Shown here piece after piece: positions 22,944-33,881 of a stretch of 64,000 nt of DNA. The notes beneath the pieces were generated by a model that worked only from the letters and a program-made list of their open reading frames with translations, was not told where the DNA came from and made no database searches. The translations under genes were made by a program, and so were the position numbers. Origin of the DNA: Massalongia carnosa (taxonomy: Eukaryota); the NCBI GenBank assembly GCA_965645245.1, contig OZ287080.1, forward strand, positions 1,116,001 to 1,180,000. The letters are read 5' to 3'. Positions within the stretch are counted from its first letter, which is position 1. Each line of letters starts with the position of its first letter.

Positions 22944-25629
22944 TTGATCAACAAACATACCGCCTGAGGGTTCCAGCGTACTTGCTGGAAGGGTGGGGCT
23001 TTCAGGTGCTTCACTGGTTTCGTTTGTAGGCGCGAGTCCAAGTTCAACATCCTTTTCATGATCGTCAAGGGGTACCGTTTCACTTATGTAATGTCGATTG
23101 TACTTCATCGAGCTCTCACCCAAGCGAGCGAGGCCTTCCATATAAAGGTTAACTGTCTGATTCATCGAAAATCGATCCCCATTGACCTCAACGAGCGACT
23201 TAGAGGCCAGTTGCAAAGCCATACTCCATATGTCCTCGGCGGCGGATTTTGAAGAATTAGCCCTTCCGAACGTAAATTCGACCGCGGCTTTAACTTCCAG
23301 TAAATAAGGCCCGTTCATTGCCCAGTCTTCCAGTAACTTATCGCTATTCTTCGAAAAATAAGATCGTTCTCGCTGAAATGTCTTAAGATTATTGTTTAAT
23401 AATTCCAAAAGCCGATCGGTTTCAAAATTTGAATCCTCGTTGCCTCGTAGATTGACTAAACTGTTAGCCAAAATTGCATCTTGCAGCTCCAGGGTCGCAG
23501 CTGGTGAATCGGTCATGTGAAGAACCCGTAGCAACGCCTGCGCGTAATTGGGAGTTCCAGCCGACTCTGCTTGAAACATCATCGTCACCTGACGCAGGGC
23601 CCGTCGAAGCAGTCCAATATCCGCATGTTTGATGGCATATCGAAGAGTCAAATACAGTTCCACATGGGCGCAAAAATTCTGATGATTACGAAATTCTTGA
23701 TCGAGCGCTGGCGGTTCGGCATCAGCTGTCGTCGACGGAGGCGGCGCGTGGATTTGTTCATTTATTCGACTCAGGGCATTCATCCATGACCTTGACACGC
23801 TGAAACACTGTGCCTCAAACCAAGCTATAGTATCTTCAATTCGTGTGAATGAACATATCTCACGTCGGGCGAGCCGAATCCACGTGCCAACGATGCGAGC
23901 TTGATAACTGTGAATGATCAAATCCTCCAGCGCCTGAAAGTCGTTTGGTTGGACTACCCGAGAACGGTCCCATCGATCGGCGGCGTACTGAAGTGTGGAG
24001 GGGTCGGCAGGTCGGGCCTGACCCCAATGTATGCTATGGATAAGCTGAAGCATATTATAGCGAAGATGCCAAAGGCCGATGCTCGGCAGCAACCAGTCAA
24101 ACCGATCGAAAGCCCGCGCAGAGATGTCCCGACGAAGCGCTTTGACAACCTCGATACGCTTCCACGTCTTGAGGTCGCCATAAATGAGCCGGATAACTGA
24201 ATCAAAGGCGGGATCGCTATCTTTCATCTCAAATTGCCTGCCGTAAAGATGCTCTAAAATATGCAGATTGTTCGTTGTTGTGCTTTCGTCTTTCATAATC
24301 GGCTTCAACGGATGATACTTCGTTCGAAGACAGTCCAGCCTTTTCAGCACAGGCATGGATGTAACCCGAGGAAATTTGAAGTCGCTGAATTTAGCGTTGT
24401 AAAGGGCTTGAATTGCCGACTCAATATGATGAATTTGAATCTTGATTCACATTTCATCAGTTTCAAGTAAACAGTTTGAAAGAATGGTCGATGCTTACCT
24501 GCGCATCTATGTCGTCTGGTTTTAATCTTAATGCGAGTTCCATGGCGGACAAAGGATAATTATCAGGTTGCCACATATCCTGTCTCAAGGTCGTTGCCCC
24601 AAGGCCCTGTCCTTCAAACATTAAGGCGGTCGTAATTGATCGAAACTCTCTTACGTCACCGATTCTCTCGCCTCTTCGACCTTCCGCATAATCAAAATTA
24701 TCATAGGTTACAACTGTAGTTGAAGCCCGCCCTATCGTCCTTACCTTTCGCGCCGCTTCGTCGCTTAAGGTTGACATGCGCCGTTGAAGGGTGGGTTACG
24801 ACATTGTCAAGCCAAGTTGACATAAAGTATCCAGAACCCTGCGCCTGGCGCCACCCTGATAGATATAAAGACCCATGATGCTCTGAAAGTTTGTTGACGT
24901 ATTGGGGCGCAACATGTGACAAAGAAGGGACAGTATAGTCAACTGCCGTCCGGCCGGAATAGCGCGCTGAGAATAAATGGACTCGTCTCGGTGAACATCG
25001 CAACAGGCGCGCTGAATGAGATCTAGCCATCGTGGCGCCTTACTCGTGATAACCGCCGCGGCGCCCTTGAAGCTATTTAAGGTGCCCAGCTCGTCGGTCT
25101 CCGAATGCGGGTGAAAAACCCCAAAGGCGGCCGTAGCAATCAGTGCATTAAGCTCCGCTCGAAGGGCCTGCACGACCCAAGTCCAACCCTGTTCATGAAG
25201 AATGACTGCTGCTCGATCCTTCCCAATAAGCTCACCTAGTCCTTCGTCTTTCATCATTTGAACATAGGCGAAATCCATAAATTGAGCCTGTCCAGCCCGC
25301 ATGCGGTGACGCCCTCGATATTTTAGCAATGTAGAGAGAAAATCCTTGATTGTCCATTTCAGGTTACGAATATGCTCCATCAACTCAAGAAGTTTACCCC
25401 AATCATCCAAACGACGTCGTGATCGTCCTCGTCGTTTTCGGCGTTCCTTAGATCGCCTTGAGGACGACGAACGGAGGAAGGAATCAGAATAATCATGACC
25501 GCTGGAAGTTGATTGAGGGCGCCTTAAAGGAGTTTGGCTTTCTGGCAGTGAAGGGGTTGAAACTCTCGAGGTCAGGGGACTTGTCAACAGGTCAGGGGGC
25601 GAGGAGGCGCTGGCTTCGGGTGAGGCCAT
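22944..25629 (-). pseudogene. Transposase-like gene of AcademH-like copy 1
   Basis: Colinear with 61002-63680 (TYDNFD, YGDLKT, GLWHL, FETDRLLE); in-frame TAA at 24796-24798; intron near 24440-24500; CAA where the other copy has its stop. Confidence 0.85.
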
Positions 25630-25862
25630 GATGTTTTTTTTTGCGCAGGGATCGCTCGATGAAGGCAAACTTCTGTGGACAGGGTGACCTTTCCTTTGTT
25701 TACATACCTATCTACTCCGTACAACTGCAGGGTATAGCCATGTAAGTTTATGCCGCGCTAGGTCGAATCCGCGCGGCGCGGCTTTAAGTTCACCATTAAC
25801 ACAAGAGACTAGCTCAAAAACAGGCACGCTAACTAAACAGGCTTGACGCAGGCATCGACTGC

Positions 25863-27314
25863 TTAATTATTTACGAAAAAACTATCCTCTCCAAACATCA
25901 ATCTCTCCGCCATTTTCACTCTTCCATACGCGGCCTTGAAACTGCGCAAAGCGTTCAACCTATGGTTCTGTATCGCCTCTTGCTAACTTGCGATCTTCTC
26001 CCAGTATTACGTTTGCCTGCGCTTGAACGACAGGGTCCTCCCAGCTTGTCCGACAGACGAGCGCGTGACTGATAGGAGAATCAAGCCAGAGCTGAGTGGA
26101 TGGTGGAAACTTATGGGATAGGCCCAAATCGATTCGCGAGTCCTGAAGGAGTGACTCTGGGTGCTGTTTGACTAGCATGCGCCCTTGCGAGGTCACTCCA
26201 TTTATCGGACTCGACATTGTCCAGCGTCTCGCCGTCTTCTTGCACGCCGACGTACCAAGGCAGAACCGTCCGACGCGGGCCGTTTCCTTTGTTTGGAGTC
26301 GAACCATGAAGGATTTCTCGCTTCGTGACTCTTACGTCTCCTCTTTTGCAGGGAACAGGAATAAAGTCTCCAAACTGAGCGGCATCCTCTTTGATCCATA
26401 TTTTTTCAAGGCCATGTACGTGTCCATCCGGGACCTCTCCACGAGCGCACATGTTATTCCACCACTGGGCAATGTGTAGATGAAAACCAGGGACTATTTT
26501 AGTGCACCCCTCGGCGGTCTCATCATCAAGCGACACCGAACCTTGAATGATGTTGCCCCCATGACCATTATCCAGATATTTTGGTACGTTAATATCAATA
26601 TGGCGAAAAATAGTTGGATCTCCCTCCCGTGTATACTTCGCGTAATACGGATATGCTACCAATCGAATATTGCGATCGGGACGGAGGCACGCGTACAGTG
26701 CCCAGTATTCGATGTCTTGACGGATCAACTGTTGGGTTAAAGAGTAATACATAGTTCGTAACCATCCACGATTTGACTGACCATTCCTCTCCCGCTGATG
26801 CCACTGATAGATGTCGAACTCTTCGAGTATCAGATCTCCGATTCCGGTCTCTACTTCGTCTTTGGATTTTATCCCTTTCCACAACCAATCAAACATGTCT
26901 TTAACAATTAGATTTTCATCTTTCATCCAGAGATCCCAAGCGAACTCTCCTCCAATCTCGTCGACTATGATTTTAGCTTGCTCCTCATTGAGCCCTCTTA
27001 TCAGAGATGATCTCGTTGCTCGTTTGTAATAGACGCCAAGAGCATCATCATCAACCCTCGGTCTAGCACATAAATGAAACCAGAAGCTTGTCTCCCGTCC
27101 TGTTTTCAGATCATCGAGGTTGGAACGATGATGATGACAAGACTTGAGCCTCTGCCTTAACTCTTCTGCATTTAAATTATTGACTTGAAGACCGAAATGA
27201 CCGCCTATCTATAGCTAGAAGATGACGATAGCAGACGTGAGTAAACTCCTCTCCGTGGATAAATGCAGACATTATTTTTCTAATAGTGCCTAGATACTCT
27301 GCGTCACCTTTCAT
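25863..27314 (-). pseudogene. 2OG-Fe(II) dioxygenase-like (PhyH-like) cargo gene, frameshifted and 5'-truncated
   Basis: FRHIDIN (HxD), IQGSVSLDD, CTKIVPGFH, GDVRV...ILHGST (distal His) and a downstream Arg; reading continues across frameshifts near 27208, 26110 and 25975 to ...FGEDSFFVNN*. Confidence 0.72.
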
Positions 27315-27357
27315 TCCTGCCGCTGAGGCAGTCTTTTACAATCCGGCCTTCCTTTGA

Positions 27358-27600
27358 AGAATTAAGTGTGAAGGATTTAGCTTCAAGATAGACTACAAAG
27401 CCGAGGTCCAGCTCCCGGCTGGCGATCCAGAAGACCCGACAGATTTTTCAGGTTCTAGCGAACGCGGCAAAGCTGCAAAAACCTCCAAGGACATCAAGAC
27501 CCCGAAGGCCGCCAAAATCAAAAGCGCCAAATCCAACCTTGGACCGGTAGAGGCGGCCAATAAATCAGCGAAAAAGGCAGCCAAGGGAAGAAAGAGGTAG
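27358..27600 (+). pseudogene. Start-less Lys/Ala-rich C-terminal fragment of a possible fourth element gene
   Basis: 80 open codons ending ...SAKKAAKGRKR*, followed 20 bp later by the element's GC hairpin. Confidence 0.4.
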
Positions 27601-28132
27601 AGACCACATGTCATGTGGCAAATCCGCGCAGCGCGGCTTTGCCGTGGATAGTCTAGCTATAGAGATGCACTAGCTAATTATGAATCAATGACCGACTGCA
27701 ACCGACTTTCTCTTACTATTCTCGTGACCCAAATCGATGTCCATTGTACACAGTAGACTGAGACCCGGGCTTTTTGTCCAGCTTGCATCGAGTTTAAAAA
27801 GCATGCTCGCCATCCCTTGATGTCGTTCTTTAGTGCACATATTCGACCGCGCGGTTCCAAAACATAAAAATAACACATATAAAAAACGGCGGTATGGTAT
27901 AACATGATATTTTACGCTCAATCGGGGAAGAACGCTCGATAGTAAGCACAGCGAACTTAGTAAACAAGGCTAACTTTAAAGGGTTAGGCACATAGTCTAA
28001 ATAAGTTAGCGCCGAGCTAACCGAAAGAGGTTAGTGCAGGTGAAGGCTGTGCCACAACACGTCTGAGGTACTGAGGCAACGCGAAGTCTGACATTTGGAA
28101 ACTTCTGGACCTCGGCAACTTCGCATCTCTAT

Positions 28133-30274
28133 CCCTTCGTCTGGCAATTTGGCAGCCATTTAGGTAATATTCAATTTTACACGCGCCGTCTCCGGGTAAT
28201 GACTAATAACTTTAATCTGGCCAATCAGATTTTCCCTTTTCAACGATAATAGGTACAACACCTCAATCACCCCTCATGATCTATGTAAAATTTCCCAACA
28301 TGCCTCCTTTTTGCAACATGGTCCACAGCTCTTACATTGCCATCTGGTCTGACTTGCACGTCGTCTTTTGGTGCAATTTTCATCAATTTCCGCAAGTGGT
28401 CGGCGTCGTTTGAGTCTTGGCACTTGCCTTTTGCAGGCCAAACAATAGTCCTTCTTATTCAAATGCTCCCATTTGCAAGCTGACTCGACGTCTTTACTAA
28501 CGTCTTGATTAGTAGTAACTATGACATCTGTCGGACGTTTCCGTAGGGCACCGGCTTGATTGGATAGTAGGGCATTTACTATTTCTTTTTGAAAGTCCAA
28601 ATCGCTGAGTGTTGAATTCGGATACAGAATTCTCCACAATTTGAAGGCATTTAGAACGGCTGCATCCAGAAGAAAGATGAAAATTGACCACCAGTAGAGA
28701 CGATCAGATCTTTGAGGTGAATAATATGCTCTTTGCTGAGCATTCCCATCTGACCCGCCCATGTGCTGGTTATATTCCACGATGGGCATGGGAAATGGAA
28801 GCTTTTCTTCTTCATCATCAACGATGACTCTGGAATTTGCAGGAATTCCATGACGTCGACGGGAATTCTTGTAGAAAGAAGTCTTCAAATCCTCAATTGT
28901 ATGAACCGTGGTCATGAATTGCACGGTGTTTAAATCCACCCATGCCATACACAGAATGTCCCCGTCATCAATGTTTGATTTTTTACTTTTATTTGCAGGT
29001 ACCGTCATCAATGCCTTCTTTCCCCAGTCCTTATTCTTGGTGGCTGCAACCCTCAGACGTAGAAGATCAACAGGAAAACCGCATCCTGATTTAGCCGTCC
29101 CACAGGCACCAATTCCAATGGTTTTCAGAGCTTTGAATAGCTTCGTATTTGTGAAGAAGTTGTCCAGAAAGATGCCGTATTTCAAGCCTTCATCAGACGG
29201 TAAACTTCGAGCCAGTTGAATGACGACTAGGGAGGAAGGAGACAAATCCCATTTGGTTGTCGGAAATTTCAATTGTCCAGGCGTTTTTAACTCACTAATT
29301 TTGGACACCTGTCTTGCAATTAGTACGATGCAAATTGAGGCCTTTTCTACTCACCTTGGAGGTAAATAAGAAGTCAAAAAGATAATTTTCCTGACATAAA
29401 CTATAGATTTTGAAGCCTACACCAGCCGCCTTGGTGGCTATTTGCATAGTATGGCAGCTCCTACCCCTGAATAAAATCAATTGCTCGTCAACTGACACAT
29501 GACTTCCAGGAATCCAGTATTTCTTTGATGCTTTTCGAAAGTCTGTGGCCAATGGTTCCAGCTTTTTCCACCAATCAGGGCCTCGAGTATCAATGATCTC
29601 ATCTTCGTCGGGGTTGGATATCTTCAAAAATCGCTTGAGTTGCTCCCATCTTCGAAGACTCATGGCTTGAATCACCATGTCATGTATGGCAAATTTAGGA
29701 GACGTGTTCCAATAGTCAGTAAGACGTGGCATCAGTGTATACCCCATATATAACAGAATTCCCAGAAAAGCTCCTACTTCAGAAGAAGAGGTGTCATGCC
29801 ATTGACGTCTCTTGATGTCGTTTAGGGCATACTTCTTTTTCGCTTTAAGATTGGTGTTTTTAGCTATGATTTCAAGCATTTCAAAGCTAAAGAAGAGGCA
29901 GACTAAACTGAAAGGAGTCTGATTTATCAAGCGCAACGTCTCGTCCGGCTGTGGTTTTCGAAATGGGATCGAAATTGGACAATAATTTGATGACGGAGGG
30001 GGCATGGAGTCAATTATGCTTTGTACGCTGGGTTTATTCTTTTTGGCCTGTTCTTTCAGAATTGAGGGGGGCAAAGCGTCTGATTGGTCAGGAACTTCTA
30101 TCTTAATGCCTCTCATGATTATTCTAAAGAAATTGTAGATGTTTTAATGATTTTCAACTGATGTTTACCTTCTTATTTACAAAAAAAGGGGAGAATGTTT
30201 TGAAGTTCGCGACTCAGCCCTACGGTATCTCATTAAGCCTATTTAAGGTGGCTGCCAAATTGCCAGACGAAGGG
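28133..30274 (-). mobile_element. piggyBac-like DNA transposon, copy 2 (inverted)
   Basis: Same TIRs and length as copy 1; about 7 substitutions seen by eye; flanks CTAT/ATAT. Confidence 0.93.
28274..30116 (-). CDS. piggyBac transposase (exons 30116-29355, 29308-28274)
   Basis: Two amino-acid differences from copy 1 (SDRR/SDRL, ILHIS/ILHRS); same intron. Confidence 0.92.
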
Positions 30275-31050
30275 ATATTCTATGACCCTTATCGGTGCCG
30301 TTACCTTCGCTTGCGCTGGGGGGGCTTTTAATTGGATGAATTGATTTGAATGCTTGAATTTGATTGGGCATGGGAACGACACAGGTCAGCCCGGGCAGGC
30401 CTAGGCACGTGACTCGGGGTCGGTGCTGAGGTGAGAACCTCATCTTCTAGGCCCGAGGCGTCTGCTGACGCTCAACGATCCGATAGATGATGCCCGACGG
30501 CAGTGCCCGACGGCGATGATCTAGATGGAGGTGCCCGGCGGCGCTCCGGATCGATGCCCTGGTTGACCTGTACGCCCATCGCTCACTTAAGGTGGCTTCT
30601 AACTAGCTATGAATCTCGGGTGGCCGAGGGTGGGGAAAAGCAGCAAGCACTGACAGCGAGGTAGGGGCACCGAGACAACGTGGGGTCGACGACGAGTCAG
30701 TGAGATGGATGAGGCCGAGTGAGAAGAAGTGGATGAGGAAAGAATTTTCAGAGGGTGATTCTTAATTTACTTTGACTCAGGGGCCTCACGTGACATAGAA
30801 CCATCTCATCTATGACCCTTATCGGTGCCGTTACCTTCGCTTGCGCTGGGGGGGCTTTTAATTGGATGAATTGATTTGAATGCTTGAATTTGATTGGGCA
30901 TGGGAACGACACAGGTCAGCCCGGGCAGGCCTAGGCACGTGACTCGGGGTCGGTGCTGAGGTGAGAACCTCATCTTCTAGGCCCGAGGCGTCTGCTGACG
31001 CTCAACGATCCGATAGATGATGCCCGACGGCAGTGCCCGACGGCGATGAT

Positions 31051-32214
31051 CTAGATGGAGGTGCCCGGCGGCGCTCCGGATCGATGCCCTGGTTGACCTG
31101 TACGCCCAATGGAATGCCCAATTGAGTAGGGGTAGGAGTTTGTAGGATTCGTCTCGGCGACGACAGCACGTGGGACTGCTAGAGGGATGCCTTTTTGAAA
31201 ACTGAGGTTCAAATTGAATAGTGAGGCCTGGGACGTCTGAAAGTATAGCTGAAACGCGTTTGATGACCATCTTCCGAGTCTCTGAATACTCTCATCCAGC
31301 ATCCCGTGGTCGGCGGCGTGTTGTGCTGCTCCTTTTCTGAAGCTGTGTCCCGAGTATGCCGAGTCGTTGATGCCGACGGCTATCAGTCTCTTTTTCAGGG
31401 ATGCTATGACGGAGGCTCTGGTGAATGCGGTGCCGAGACGAAAAAGCGGGGATGTAGATGGCTGAGGATCATTTCTGAAAAGACGCCGTAGTGCTGTCAC
31501 GGGGCAAGTGCTCTCATTGGTCGCTGCCAGCACTATCTGAACTCCTGAGTGATTTGTGTCTGTTTTGCTTCTTTTGAGACGTAATGTCGCGTATTGATCG
31601 TTCTCGGCGAATGAGATGTCACCTCGTGTAGGTTTCAATCTCTGAAAAGATGTCTTCTTACGATCAGCGACAGTGTAGGTGATTTCCCCGAGTCTGAGGA
31701 ACCCTGCCCATGCAACTTTGAATGTCGCGTCGATGTTGAGGTCTTCGGCCGAATGAGCGGGAATACTGGTGATTTTTGTCAGTAATTCTTTTGAAATGGG
31801 TAGGCGTCTTCTTTTTGTCTGAGAAAAGATCCTTTTTCCCCCTTTCAGCATCAATTGAAGTCTCGGCCCCTCGAATGGGGTGAGGCCGTATCCTCGGTCT
31901 ACATGGTATGATCTGAGGCCGGCGAGGTAGCTCGCTGCCGTCTCTGGTTTTATCTTTCCCTGCTTGGGTGTGCCGCCCCCGTATAGTCGACCGGCTAGCC
32001 ATTCCTCGAGGGACTCGGTTGTTGCAGGCCACGACGTGCGTCCCGTCGTCGCGCAGAATGCCTCGTATGAGTCGATCGCCGTCCCGTACCCTTTTCTCGT
32101 GTCCGCCGAGTGTCCGTGCCAGACGAGACGTTTTACCAGGGCTGACCCTGGTGTGGAGGATAGGTAGGTGGAGGGAGGTTCATCGAATTGTATGGGTTCT
32201 GCCAATGAGGGCAA
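31051..32214 (-). CDS. Tyrosine recombinase of the Ngaro element
   Basis: GFLRLGE, SKTD, GHSFRKGAA, LGRWSS and Y catalytic pattern; N-terminal YLAGLRSYH core-binding region. True start uncertain (overlaps pol). Confidence 0.93.
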   Translation of the reverse strand: MPSLAEPIQFDEPPSTYLSSTPGSALVKRLVWHGHSADTRKGYGTAIDSYEAFCATTGRTSWPATTESLEEWLAGRLYGGGTPKQGKIKPETAASYLAGLRSYHVDRGYGLTPFEGPRLQLMLKGGKRIFSQTKRRRLPISKELLTKITSIPAHSAEDLNIDATFKVAWAGFLRLGEITYTVADRKKTSFQRLKPTRGDISFAENDQYATLRLKRSKTDTNHSGVQIVLAATNESTCPVTALRRLFRNDPQPSTSPLFRLGTAFTRASVIASLKKRLIAVGINDSAYSGHSFRKGAAQHAADHGMLDESIQRLGRWSSNAFQLYFQTSQASLFNLNLSFQKGIPLAVPRAVVAETNPTNSYPYSIGHSIGRTGQPGHRSGAPPGTSI

Positions 32215-33836
32215 AAGTTAGCCAATCTTTCATCATCAAAACGTGACAGGGCATCTGCTAGTCCATTGGAAGTGCCACTGATCCATTGACAACGTAGTAC
32301 GATGTCCCACTTTGCAGCTATGGACAGTATTTCTCGTAGAGGCGCGTTGGCCGGTCCCTTGAGGGTTAGATTCGTGAATCCTGTGTATGCTGTGTTGCTG
32401 TCGGTAAAGACAAGGATCTGTCGATGTCGCCATGTCGGCGCCCATTTCTGAAGGATTAGAAGGATAGCTTCGACTTCTCGGACGTTTATGCTCGGTGATC
32501 CTTCCTGATTGAGGACTAGGACTCGGGCCCTACATGCGTTTTTTTGATTCACGAGCTCGTTGTCTTGTTGAAAATAGCCTCCGAGACCCGTGAGGCATGC
32601 ATCCGTATGCACCTTGATCGTGTCTCGTGTTGACGTCTCGAAGAAGACAATACCGTTGAAGTCCACTAGAAGTTTGTTCCACCAGATGAGATCCTGTCTG
32701 ACCCATGTGGGAATTCTTCTTTTGACCCGACGATGACTGCCCGAGGGAAATGAGGCTATAAAATTCCAGAATAATCGTAAGAAGACTCGGCCCAATTTGA
32801 CTGCCTGTGCGCAGAAGCTTAGGAAGCCCGCTATTGACTGCATGTCGCCGAGGCTGATTGTCGTCTCGTTTAGTGCCTTTGTAGTGATGATTCTCGCTTT
32901 TTCCAGCTTGTCCGCTGGCAGACGAATAAGACTGTTGATGGTGTCGACCTCGAGTCCGAAGACTGTCGCTGTCGTTCCCTCGGCGTCTTTTGAGTCGTTT
33001 CTCGGGATGCCAAGAATGTCGGTGAGAATGTTGTAGGCTTTTGTTTCTTGGTGCAATCGTTCTGACGATGTCTCGGATGGGAAAATTGCAACGAAGTCGT
33101 CTAGATAGTGATGTAATCTCCATTGTAGAAAGGATTCCAAAATCCAATGAAAGCCTTCCGCAAAAAGATTGAAGATGAACGGGGCCGTCGACAGTCCGAA
33201 CGAAAGGCATGTCTCGGTGTAGAATTCGTCATTCCATCCGAAACCCAGAAGCCATTGATGATGAGGTGCGACGGGAAAGTTTCGAAAGGCGTCTTTGACG
33301 TCTCTTTTCACTATGACAGCACCTTTGCCCGCTGACAGAATCAATTGAATAATGTCGTCGAGTCTGGCGTATTGTAATTTGGATGCCTCTTCTGGAATGT
33401 TGTCGTTGACTGATGTTTGATTGGGATGAGACAGATGATGAATGCGTCGCCATCCTCCGTCATGTTTCGGGACCAAGCCGAGGGGGGAGGCCACAAATGG
33501 CTGACTCGGGGCGGCTATTCGTCTGACTCGGCCCTTCCTGAGGTCCTCTTGGAGCTTATTCTCGATCGTTTCCGGGTCCTCATTCGCTGATGTCAGATTT
33601 TTTTCGATCCGAAGGATGTCTGTGGGGCCTTCGTATCCGATTTGTACTCCGAAACGAAGGATCATGGGCAGATGGACTCGGAGGGGGCCCGGATACTCTT
33701 GAAGTAGAGTTGCCCATGCGGACGGTACGAGGGGAGATGGGCTGTCTTTCAAACGCTGACGAGATGCGTCTACGAGTTGAAACGAAGGGATTGTATTTGG
33801 TCTGATTGGTGCAGGTAAGCAGGGATGGGACGTCAT
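32133..33836 (-). CDS. Reverse transcriptase / RNase H of the Ngaro element
   Basis: SPLGLVPK, RRIHHLS, KRDVKDAF, LSFGLSTAP, YLDDF; RNase H TDAC, TDS, NGLADALSR. Confidence 0.95.
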   Translation of the reverse strand: MTSHPCLPAPIRPNTIPSFQLVDASRQRLKDSPSPLVPSAWATLLQEYPGPLRVHLPMILRFGVQIGYEGPTDILRIEKNLTSANEDPETIENKLQEDLRKGRVRRIAAPSQPFVASPLGLVPKHDGGWRRIHHLSHPNQTSVNDNIPEEASKLQYARLDDIIQLILSAGKGAVIVKRDVKDAFRNFPVAPHHQWLLGFGWNDEFYTETCLSFGLSTAPFIFNLFAEGFHWILESFLQWRLHHYLDDFVAIFPSETSSERLHQETKAYNILTDILGIPRNDSKDAEGTTATVFGLEVDTINSLIRLPADKLEKARIITTKALNETTISLGDMQSIAGFLSFCAQAVKLGRVFLRLFWNFIASFPSGSHRRVKRRIPTWVRQDLIWWNKLLVDFNGIVFFETSTRDTIKVHTDACLTGLGGYFQQDNELVNQKNACRARVLVLNQEGSPSINVREVEAILLILQKWAPTWRHRQILVFTDSNTAYTGFTNLTLKGPANAPLREILSIAAKWDIVLRCQWISGTSNGLADALSRFDDERLANFCPHWQNPYNSMNLPPPTYPPHQGQPW

Positions 33837-33881
33837 GAATTCAGCTATTGAAGCTATTCTACTGCCTCCTGCACCAACCCC

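Larger units (their letters stand above)
18891..28079. mobile_element. Helicase-carrying (AcademH-like) DNA transposon, copy 1, degenerate, with cargo and nested insertions
   Basis: 19-bp TIRs TTGCCTCAGTACCTCAGAC; 8-bp TSD CGCGAAGT (18883-18890, 28080-28087); contains RecQ-like remnant, transposase-like pseudogene and dioxygenase-like gene. Superfamily name is inference from architecture. Confidence 0.85.

Noticed and set aside
31051..32214. Tyrosine recombinase as prophage, Crypton or Starship captain
   Set aside because: It overlaps RT/RNase H and lies within split direct repeats, so it belongs to the Ngaro retroelement.
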